Below, piece by piece: positions 1-7,304 of a stretch of 17,723 nucleotides of DNA. Position 1 is the stretch's first letter, and each line of letters starts with the position of its first letter. The notes under the pieces are model-generated. The model had not been told where the DNA came from. It saw only the letters and a program-made list of their open reading frames with translations, and ran no database searches. This stretch comes from an uncultured bacterium. Lineage in GTDB: Bacteria > SAR324 > NAC60-12. The stretch is from NCBI GenBank assembly GCA_964010765.1, contig CAXGMD010000072.1:1-17723 (forward strand), in the 5' to 3' direction. A program made the position numbers and the translations under genes.

Positions 1-2
1 TC

Positions 3-128
3 TCTTCCCCTGACACCATTGGGAGTTGGAGAAAGACGTTGAGTCCGGGTTCTTTTCAATTCATAAATTCAGTTGAACAAAATTTCAAACAACTTTTGAA
101 AGAATCTGGTATCTTCCCCAGACTTTAG
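3..128 (+). CDS. 3' end of an upstream CDS (partial); weak resemblance to a sulfotransferase-family C-terminus
   Basis: Frame 3 is open from the window edge to TAG at 126-128: SSPDTIGSWRKTLSPGSFQFINSVEQNFKQLLKESGIFPRL*. The IGxWrxxLs...L..xG pattern recalls sulfotransferase C-termini. Only 41 codons are visible. Confidence 0.35.
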   Translation, partial: SSPDTIGSWRKTLSPGSFQFINSVEQNFKQLLKESGIFPRL

Positions 129-208
129 AGGCTTTGTAACTGGAATCATCAACTAGAGTAATTAATTGGTTCTTGTGTATTTACTGAAGCCATTAAACGT
201 AGTCCTGA

Positions 209-810
209 CATATTGCGAACACCAAGAAACAGATTCGGACACCAAATGACGTGAACGGCTTAAAGGTCCGGACCATTAAAGCGGATGTCCAAATTGAACT
301 AGTGAAGGCAATGGGTGGAAATCCAACCCCGATTTTCTGGCCTGAGGTCTATACCTCTCTCACAACTGGCGTAGTTGACGGGACCAAAAATGGAATTACG
401 GATATTGTGGGAATGAAGTTTCATGAACATTTGAAACACATCACGTTGGATGGGCATGCCTGCATGGGAGCTTTGTGGTTCTTTAGTGAAGCAAGATGGC
501 AGCAAATCCCAAGAGCGCACCAACGAATTCTATTTGATGGTTTCCAGCGTCTAAAAACAACTGCTCCAGCGTTCCCAATGCGTAAGCAAGTACCAGCTTA
601 TGAAGATTTTAAAAAGGCAGGAGGTACCATCTATGTACCAACACCTTCAGAGAAAGCTGCTTTCAAAGCTGCAGCAACACCTGTTAATAATTGGTACCTC
701 AATAAATTTGGGGATGATTGGCTTTTTAAACTGGAAATGATGTCGCTCAGTGTAGTGCATCTGTAACCGATGAATTCCTAACAGCCACCCAACCAAAGCT
801 ACGAAACTAA
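209..810 (+). pseudogene. dctP: TRAP transporter substrate-binding protein (DctP family) remnant, 5'-truncated and probably frameshifted near the 3' end
   Basis: ORF 251..766 has DctP C-half motifs (GLKVRT, MGGNPTPIFWPEVYTSLTTGVVDG). The reading frame extends upstream (HIANTKKQIRTPNDV) only to an in-frame TGA at 206-208, with no signal peptide or N-terminal half. Adding one A at ~737 (ctggaaatgat) gives a plausible tail LENDVAQCSASVTDEFLTATQPKLRN* ending at TAA 808-810. Confidence 0.8.
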
Positions 811-822
811 ATTATTCACTTC

Positions 823-846
823 GCTCGGGTTCGAAGGGGCCCGAGT
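823..846 (+). terminator. GC-rich hairpin between convergent genes; probable terminator of the dctP remnant
   Basis: GCTCGGGTTC-GAAG-GGGCCCGAGT forms a 10-bp stem including G-U pairs that only work on the + strand. It lies 12 nt after the restored dctP stop at 810. The U-tail is weak. Confidence 0.55.
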
Positions 847-874
847 TCACGAAATTCGACTAAACAAGTCCTTC

Positions 875-1342
875 TCAATCATCAGAAAGAGGGCTCGTTA
901 GCCATTCCAACATATCTTTACTCGTAGAGATTAGGTACCCCCCGGCTCCTTTCAATCCTGAAACAAATCCAACCACCGTTTTTTGAGTGATACTGTCATC
1001 ACAGGATCCTTGTTGCTCCAGCCAGTGCACTGTATTTCCAACGACAACAACACTTCCTGAGACAATCAAAGAACCTGCGGATACAGTTATTGCACCAGCA
1101 GTGACAATGGCTAAGTTTGCCAGAACACATTCAGCATCTGGGCAACCCCGAGTAGCACCCGAGAGTCCTTCAATCACAATTGAATCAGAGTTGTCGAATC
1201 CTTTGACCTCCAGCGACCACTCCTTCGTAACCAGTTGACAATCGTAGTTCTGGTTTGGTTTGGTCTCTGGAACGAAGCAAGAACTCGTTAGCAAACAAGC
1301 AACTAATACTGAAAAATACTTAGAATTTTTTCGAATCATCAT
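875..1342 (-). CDS. Hypothetical lipoprotein
   Basis: 155-aa ORF with a basic N-terminus (RKNSK), a hydrophobic stretch and lipobox-like Cys (LVAC at 16 or TSSC at 22). It has four further Cys and an internal Gly/Ala/Val-rich hydrophobic segment. Confidence 0.65.
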   Translation of the reverse strand: MMIRKNSKYFSVLVACLLTSSCFVPETKPNQNYDCQLVTKEWSLEVKGFDNSDSIVIEGLSGATRGCPDAECVLANLAIVTAGAITVSAGSLIVSGSVVVVGNTVHWLEQQGSCDDSITQKTVVGFVSGLKGAGGYLISTSKDMLEWLTSPLSDD

Positions 1343-1376
1343 TTAACTAAATTTGTAAAAGAAAGATCGTTTCTTA

Positions 1377-2819
1377 ATGTCTAAACAGCTGATTACGTTC
1401 CTGTTATTTTTGATTTTCTTCATATCATCGACGACTTATTACTACTATTGGACGGTGCCCGCAAATAGTATTTGGTATGACCAGAGAGCAGCAATTGAAG
1501 TTTTCCAAAAGATTATAGACGGTCAATTTCCTTTAGTTGGATACAATCACAGCATCGGAATACCGTCATTTGCTGCATTCTATTATATCTTCTCACCAGT
1601 ATATTACTTTTTAAATCAGCCAATTCAATTATATTACTTTACAGCATTTATTAATGTCCTCTCTATACTAATTCTATCGACATTTTTATATTTCAAATTA
1701 AATCCATTTTCAGCGATTATTTTTGGAGTTTATAGCGTCACTAATATTTGGGGCTTGTATTATGGATCTTTTCTCTGGAATCCCAATTTTATTCCATTTT
1801 TCATGACATTTTTGTGCATTTTTATACTCAAGTATTTTGAAACAAAAAAAGTGCATTATTTCCATCTAAGTGGTCTTTTTATCAATTTAATCACACAATT
1901 TTCACCGCAAGCAATAATTCTTGTATTTTCGTTTGGTGTTTCAGTAATAAAATTTAAAAAGTTGCCTAAAATCATTCATCTATATTGGCACTGTATACTT
2001 CATTTAATTTTAGTTTCTCCTTGGTTAGTACATACTTTAATTCTACAACCAAAATCAAATACTCCTTCCCATGGAACACTTTTTAAAGATTTTTCATCTC
2101 CGTTACTGGAGTACACTAGCTACGTTGGTGGATGGGGATTGACTCAAGAATGGGGTAAGTTTCTAGACTATGGAACGATAATTTCTCAAGAAAACTTTAT
2201 TTTTATTCCTCTTCTATTATCTTCAACAACAGTTTCACTACTTTTAATAGCCTTCTTAAGTTTGAAGTATCTGAGAGGAAATCATATTTTTACTATTAAT
2301 AAATCTTGGGCAAACTTAACTTATTTTCTTTGTTTAACAAACATATGTTCACTCTTTTTTTTCGTATTAGGTATTCGAGTAAATACGCATCATTTTCAAT
2401 TCCTAACCCCTACTTTGGGATTAATTTTAATTATAGGGCTATGTCAACAAAAAAAGTACCTGAAACTCTATATTTCCCTGCTCTTATTCATAATTTTTTC
2501 TCAAGGAACATACAGCTATTGGCGAGCATACTCAGAATCAATTCGGCCCTATATCACTGATATTGGCTATCAGGAAATCTTTTCAGATTATGTCAAAGAT
2601 CAATGTTCTAATTCTGCAAGAGTAAGATATGTAACTCCCAATGGGATTCATGGATATATGCAATACGGAGAGTTAGAGGAAGAAGTCTCAAGTTGTGATT
2701 GGATGCTTGTACAAAAAAATCATTATGATCTATCAATTGTTATTCGTGATTTATTGAATGAAAAATTTCAGTTATCCCAAATTAATTTTAAAGATTATCT
2801 AATCTGGATCCCAAAATAA
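1377..2819 (+). CDS. Polytopic membrane protein, probable GT-C fold glycosyltransferase (ArnT/PMT-like)
   Basis: 480 aa with many hydrophobic helices. The first external loop has WYDQ...GQFPLVG...FYYIFSP, and WNPNFIPFF follows, typical of ArnT/PMT_2-like proteins. It ends in a soluble C-terminal domain. The DNA is very AT-rich. Confidence 0.65.
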   Translation: MSKQLITFLLFLIFFISSTTYYYYWTVPANSIWYDQRAAIEVFQKIIDGQFPLVGYNHSIGIPSFAAFYYIFSPVYYFLNQPIQLYYFTAFINVLSILILSTFLYFKLNPFSAIIFGVYSVTNIWGLYYGSFLWNPNFIPFFMTFLCIFILKYFETKKVHYFHLSGLFINLITQFSPQAIILVFSFGVSVIKFKKLPKIIHLYWHCILHLILVSPWLVHTLILQPKSNTPSHGTLFKDFSSPLLEYTSYVGGWGLTQEWGKFLDYGTIISQENFIFIPLLLSSTTVSLLLIAFLSLKYLRGNHIFTINKSWANLTYFLCLTNICSLFFFVLGIRVNTHHFQFLTPTLGLILIIGLCQQKKYLKLYISLLLFIIFSQGTYSYWRAYSESIRPYITDIGYQEIFSDYVKDQCSNSARVRYVTPNGIHGYMQYGELEEEVSSCDWMLVQKNHYDLSIVIRDLLNEKFQLSQINFKDYLIWIPK

Positions 2820-2822
2820 TAA

Positions 2823-3500
2823 ATGAGAAAAAAATTACTTTTTATTTATGCATTACTATTTTTTGCTTCTTTCTTTATTTTTTATTTTTTTTATCTTACA
2901 GAAAACGTTGAAAAATTTAATAGTCAAATAGAAAAAAATATTGAAAGAAATCTTTCAATAGATTGGGGCCCAAAAGAACCAAAACTTTTTGCAGAAGGAT
3001 ATTCTGCAGATATTTCTAATCTATCTTTAAATTTTGATAAATTTATCATTGAAATTCCGGCACATGATAAATCTCACATTCTAAATTTAGCAGAAAGATT
3101 AGTTTTTGACGAATGTAATTTTAAAATAAGTTTGATCTTCCTTCTTTTAGATCTTTATTGTAAAAAACTTACTACAAAACATGAAAATTCTATATTTGAT
3201 CCAAACACAGAGATTCTTTATTCCAACAACTTTTATTTTGATAATGATATTTTTCAGAGACTATTTAGTCGATTTAGATTTTTCGATCTCAAGTTTCATT
3301 TTGACGAGGTCTTAATTAACAATGTTTTGACACAAAATATTAATGGTGAATTGGAATTTCATAACGCTGAAAATGCGACTTTAACTATTGATGATCAGTT
3401 CATTGAATTTTTCAACAGATCAGAAGGTCTTGAGATTCAATATCAAAATCAGATTTTTTTCTTTTTGAACCAAAACTTCTTCCAACACTTTTGGAACTAA
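2823..3500 (+). CDS. Hypothetical protein with N-terminal membrane anchor
   Basis: 225-aa ORF in extremely AT-rich DNA, where long ORFs are unlikely by chance. It starts 3 nt after the upstream stop and begins MRKK followed by ~20 hydrophobic residues. Confidence 0.65.
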   Translation: MRKKLLFIYALLFFASFFIFYFFYLTENVEKFNSQIEKNIERNLSIDWGPKEPKLFAEGYSADISNLSLNFDKFIIEIPAHDKSHILNLAERLVFDECNFKISLIFLLLDLYCKKLTTKHENSIFDPNTEILYSNNFYFDNDIFQRLFSRFRFFDLKFHFDEVLINNVLTQNINGELEFHNAENATLTIDDQFIEFFNRSEGLEIQYQNQIFFFLNQNFFQHFWN

Positions 3501-3524
3501 CCCAATTTCTTCTCTTCCATACAT

Positions 3525-3540
3525 ACTAATTTCAGTAAGC
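3525..3540. promoter_or_regulatory. Degenerate copy of the candidate operator palindrome
   Basis: ACTAATTTCAGTAAGC matches ACTAACTGGAGTTAGT (7273-7288) at 11 of 16 positions and lies just upstream of a -35-like hexamer. Confidence 0.35.
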
Positions 3541-3552
3541 CCAACTCAATGG

Positions 3553-3588
3553 TTGACTTTTAGGAAAAAACTAATATATCAATATATC
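3553..3588 (+). promoter_or_regulatory. Putative sigma70 promoter of the gntR-led cluster
   Basis: TTGACT at 3553-3558 is followed by an AT-rich -10 zone containing the tandem repeat AATATATC-AATATATC (3573-3588). No consensus -10 sits at exactly 17-bp spacing. Confidence 0.45.
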
Positions 3589-3627
3589 GAAAATTTGGAG
3601 AACTCATAAATTATCCTTTAACCATCC

Positions 3628-4335
3628 ATGGCTCTTCGTTCGCAAAAATCCGATACCGAGACGATCCGCATCAATCGTCGCTTGCCTATCGTTCCCCAAG
3701 TGCACTCAACTCTACATCACTTGATTGTTCATTGTGTGCTTCCACCTGGTTCCCCCATCCGCGAGAAAGATCTGAGTGAACAAATGGAAGTTTCTCGAAC
3801 ACCAATTCGAGAAGCACTGTTGCAACTTGAGAAAGAAGGCCTTGTCGAGATCTATCCGCAATCTGGAACACGTATTTCCAAAATTAGTATGGAGGAAGTG
3901 CGTGAGAGTCATTTCATACGTGAAGCCATGGAAAGTGCCACTGTCCGATTTGCGGCACAACAGGGTGATTCTCAATTATACAAACAACTGAACACCCGTT
4001 TGCAAGAATTCGAGGCTGCCTTAGGCACCGCTGAAAAAGATCTCTTGTTCGAATTGGATGAACTCTTTCATAAAACGATAGCGGAATTCCGCTTCCAGAA
4101 TAGACTCTGGAAAATCACAAATATCGCAAAATCACACATGGATCGTGTTCGGCACTTAACCCTTCCACTCCCAAAAAGGATTTATGAAATTGCTGATGAA
4201 CACCAACGAGTTACTGATTGTATTACCCAGCACCAACCAGACGACGCTGTGAGAGCAATCAAGGATCACCTTAGCGTGATTTTTTCCGATATTGAGCGAA
4301 TTCGAGCAGAACATTCAGAATATTTTGTTGAATAA
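3628..4335 (+). CDS. GntR-family (FadR/FCD) transcriptional regulator, RspR/YdfH-like
   Basis: wHTH motif PGSPIREKDLSEQMEVSRTPIREALLQLEKEGLV and FCD domain (LDELFH...DRVRH...EHQRV...HL). IVHCVLPPG and KISMEEVRESHFIREAME closely recall E. coli YdfH/RspR (comparison from memory). Confidence 0.93.
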   Translation: MALRSQKSDTETIRINRRLPIVPQVHSTLHHLIVHCVLPPGSPIREKDLSEQMEVSRTPIREALLQLEKEGLVEIYPQSGTRISKISMEEVRESHFIREAMESATVRFAAQQGDSQLYKQLNTRLQEFEAALGTAEKDLLFELDELFHKTIAEFRFQNRLWKITNIAKSHMDRVRHLTLPLPKRIYEIADEHQRVTDCITQHQPDDAVRAIKDHLSVIFSDIERIRAEHSEYFVE

Positions 4336-4359
4336 CTTTTCATCTAAACATATTTACTA

Positions 4360-5211
4360 ATGCCATATCTAACCCCAACTCAACTTTCCGAATTTGAACA
4401 AAATGGATTTCTGATTGAAAGAAACCTTTTTGATCCTGAAGAAACACAACTACTTCAGAAAGCTGCAAAAGATGATCAGGAACTGGATCGCCGAAGCCAA
4501 GGAAGAAGAGACAGGTCTGGTGCCACAGTCCGCCTTACACTTTGGAATCACCCGGGAGAGGGCATTTACGGAATGTTTGCCCGTTGCAAAAAGCTTGTTG
4601 GCAGAATGGAAGAACTGCTTGGCGGAGAAGTCTACCATTATCATTCAAAAATGATCCTCAAAGACCCTGAAATTGGAGGTGCTTGGGAATGGCATCAAGA
4701 TTATGGTTACTGGTATCACTATGGTTGCCTCCAACCTCTGATGGCGAGCGCTATGATAGCAGTAGATCCTGCCAAAGTAAGCAACGGTTGTCTCGAAGTT
4801 CTGAAAAGAAGCCATGTTCTAGGCCGCCTTGATCATTCCTTAGCTGGAGAGCAATCCGGTGCAGACCCTGAAAGAGTAGGGATCGCCATGAAGCGCTTCG
4901 ACAGAGTTGCAGTTGAATTGGAACCTGGCGACACACTGTTTTTTCACTGCAATCTTCTGCATTGTTCGGGTCAAAATCACTCCCCTGATCCTCGCTGGGC
5001 AATGATTTGTTGCTATAACGCTGCCCGTAATAATCCATTTAAAACCTCTAGACATCCTCAGTATACTCCTCTAGAGCAAGTGGATGACTCCCTTATCAAA
5101 ATGGTTGGTCTGAAAAGATTCAGTGAAGGTGGAGAGGTTGATTTTATGGGTGATAATGTTGATCGAAGCATCCCCGCAGATCTTCACAAACCAATGTCTG
5201 AAACAATATGA
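4360..5211 (+). CDS. Phytanoyl-CoA dioxygenase (PhyH) family Fe(II)/2-oxoglutarate dioxygenase
   Basis: N-terminal LTPTQLSEFEQNGFL, facial triad WHQD...LLHCS, NGCL...SH, PGDTLFFH, and the 2OG-binding Arg in NHSPDPR. Confidence 0.92.
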   Translation: MPYLTPTQLSEFEQNGFLIERNLFDPEETQLLQKAAKDDQELDRRSQGRRDRSGATVRLTLWNHPGEGIYGMFARCKKLVGRMEELLGGEVYHYHSKMILKDPEIGGAWEWHQDYGYWYHYGCLQPLMASAMIAVDPAKVSNGCLEVLKRSHVLGRLDHSLAGEQSGADPERVGIAMKRFDRVAVELEPGDTLFFHCNLLHCSGQNHSPDPRWAMICCYNAARNNPFKTSRHPQYTPLEQVDDSLIKMVGLKRFSEGGEVDFMGDNVDRSIPADLHKPMSETI

Positions 5212-6407
5212 GACCAACCACTGGAATTCGTCTCAGTTGGCCTGAGCTCAGAAAATTTTTGCACCAACATCTCACTGAACATGTTCTCCCATTCTGGTTT
5301 CCGAAACTGATTGATCTGAAACACGGGGGCTTGAACAATTGTGTTCATGATGATGGTGAAGTTCTCTCCACCGAAAAATATCTTTGGTCACAGGGCCGAG
5401 CTCTTTGGGTGCTGAGCAAACTTTTTAATGACATTGATCAGGATTCTAAATGGCTGGAGATGGCGGCTCCTATCTCAAAATTATTAACAGGTTATGGGAG
5501 GAATACCGGTGGAGATTGGTATTTCAGTTTAAACGCAGACGGCACCCCTGCAAAAGAACCTCAATCTATCTATGTAGATGGTTTCTGTATTTATGGGCTG
5601 ACAGAATATGCGAAAGCAACTGGTCACTCAAAGAGTCTGGACATAGCTTTGGAGGCTTACACCCACGCGAGTCCCAAGTTAGAGGATCATCGCTTAGTAA
5701 GAACAATGCCTCACCCAATTCCAACTGGGTTCCAGTCCCATGGTCCCCTGATGTTGTTTGCGCATGTTTTTCATGAACTGGGAATCCTGAGTGGCAGAGA
5801 TGACATCAAGCAGCGAGCCCTTGAATTGGCAGAAAGGATTCTATCTCAACATCTTGATCCTGAGTCCGGCCAACTTCATGAGTTTGTGGTTCCTGGTGGT
5901 CAAAAAAATTCCAGTGACATTGGACAGACAGCAATTCCAGGGCATGTGGTGGAAAGCATGTGGTTTTTGGAAGAGATCTATCGCTATCATGGTCAATCTG
6001 AAAAGATTCCATTATTGCTGGAGACCATGCGTACCCATCTTGAGCTTGGCTGGGACCAGCAATTTGGGGGTTTGGTTCTAGCGACTCATCTTGGAGATGG
6101 GAAGCCCAAGTGGCACAATCCGTATGGTAAAATCTGGTGGCCCCACACAGAAAGTCTACAAGCACTGCTGATGGCTTACGCTCATAAAAGAGAAAAATGG
6201 GCTGAGGACTGGTACTGGAAAATCCATGATTACAGCTTCACTCACTTTCCCAATTGGGATTCAGGAGACTGGTTTCACAATCTGGATCGTGAGGGAAAAC
6301 CGACGGTTCCCTATTTACAAACTCTTCCGGTTAAGGATCCTTTTCATTTGCCCAGAGCCCTAATTTATTCAATTCAAATCCTTGATCAACTTGGAGAAAC
6401 ATCATGA
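5208..6407 (+). CDS. AGE-family epimerase, N-acyl-D-glucosamine 2-epimerase-like
   Basis: Motifs VLPFW...D..HGG, KYLWSQGRALW, PGHVVESMWF, GWDQQFGG, KIWWPHTE, GDWF and KDPFHLPR, with both catalytic His retained. ATGA overlap with the upstream stop. Confidence 0.9.
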   Translation: MRPTTGIRLSWPELRKFLHQHLTEHVLPFWFPKLIDLKHGGLNNCVHDDGEVLSTEKYLWSQGRALWVLSKLFNDIDQDSKWLEMAAPISKLLTGYGRNTGGDWYFSLNADGTPAKEPQSIYVDGFCIYGLTEYAKATGHSKSLDIALEAYTHASPKLEDHRLVRTMPHPIPTGFQSHGPLMLFAHVFHELGILSGRDDIKQRALELAERILSQHLDPESGQLHEFVVPGGQKNSSDIGQTAIPGHVVESMWFLEEIYRYHGQSEKIPLLLETMRTHLELGWDQQFGGLVLATHLGDGKPKWHNPYGKIWWPHTESLQALLMAYAHKREKWAEDWYWKIHDYSFTHFPNWDSGDWFHNLDREGKPTVPYLQTLPVKDPFHLPRALIYSIQILDQLGETS

Positions 6408-7180
6408 CTACGTCTGATCCTCAAAAACGTTGGCTTATCGACCAACTACCTGTTGAATTGTACGCTAGTAACGAAGAACTCGGACAGGCAGCGGCAAAGA
6501 AAGCTCAACAAATCTTAAGTGAGGCAATCGACAAAAAAGGATTCGCTAACTTGATATTGGCAACCGGGAATTCTCAACTAACTTTTTTAAAAGCGTTGAG
6601 AAATTTGGGGGATGTTGATTGGCAGAAAGTCAGAATCTTCCACATGGACGAGTACATTGGAATCAATCCATCCCACCCAGCTAGTTTCCCTCTGTTCTTG
6701 GAAAACCATTTTCTTCAATTTACCAAGCCTGGTCATTTTCATCCCATTCCGAGTGAGACTTCGGATGTGGATTCCGCCTGCAAGGCCTATGAGGCATTGA
6801 TTCGTCAACACCCTGCTGATCTTGTCGCAATGGGATGGGGAGAAAACGGACACATTGCCTTCAACGATCCTCCAGATGCACATTTTGATGACCCACATTG
6901 GGTAAAAGTCGTCGAACTAGCAGAGGAAAGCCGCCTTCAGCAGGTTGGCGAAGGTCATTTTACTTCACTGGATGAAGTACCAAAACAGGCGATTACCTTG
7001 ACAATTCCTGCTCTTCTAGCTCCAGTACACATCCTTTGTATTGTTCCTGAAGCGAGAAAGGCTTCGGCTGTAAAGGCCTGCCTATCCGAACCGGTGGATG
7101 AATCTCGGCCAGGCTCTATCCTGAGAACAATTTCACATGCTACCTTATTGCTGGATCAAGATTCAGCTTCGCTACTCTAA
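6404..7180 (+). CDS. Glucosamine-6-phosphate deaminase-like protein (NagB/6PGL superfamily, divergent subfamily)
   Basis: LATGNSQ, FHMDEYIG, HPASF, GWGENGHIAFNDP and VPKQAITLTIP motifs. GGAG RBS and ATGA overlap with the epimerase stop. Confidence 0.88.
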   Translation: MTTSDPQKRWLIDQLPVELYASNEELGQAAAKKAQQILSEAIDKKGFANLILATGNSQLTFLKALRNLGDVDWQKVRIFHMDEYIGINPSHPASFPLFLENHFLQFTKPGHFHPIPSETSDVDSACKAYEALIRQHPADLVAMGWGENGHIAFNDPPDAHFDDPHWVKVVELAEESRLQQVGEGHFTSLDEVPKQAITLTIPALLAPVHILCIVPEARKASAVKACLSEPVDESRPGSILRTISHATLLLDQDSASLL

Positions 7181-7272
7181 ATTATCCAACAATGGAGTTG
7201 CCTATGCTTTAAATTATGGGTAAATGACAGCAGTCTTTTGTCCAATGAGTTCATTTCATTCCAAAAATCTTC

Positions 7273-7288
7273 ACTAACTGGAGTTAGT
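7273..7288. promoter_or_regulatory. Perfect inverted repeat, candidate transcription-factor operator upstream of the SBP gene
   Basis: ACTAACT-GG-AGTTAGT has 7-bp arms and a 2-nt spacer, and sits immediately before the RBS (AAAGAGGA) of the gene at 7305. Confidence 0.5.
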
Positions 7289-7304
7289 AGAAAGAGGACA
7301 CTTC

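Noticed and set aside
4360..5211. Calling the dioxygenase ectoine hydroxylase (ectD)
   Set aside because: The EctD signature (WHSDFETWH..DG) is absent and there is no ectABC context.
5208..6407. Sialic acid (nan) catabolism or sulfoquinovose isomerase (YihS) assignment
   Set aside because: No nanA/nanK or sulfoglycolysis genes are in the window, and the motifs fit the GlcNAc 2-epimerase branch. Genes elsewhere in the genome cannot be excluded.
7199..7222. Weak hairpin after the NagB-like gene as a terminator
   Set aside because: The short stem relies on several G-U pairs and has no adjacent U-run.
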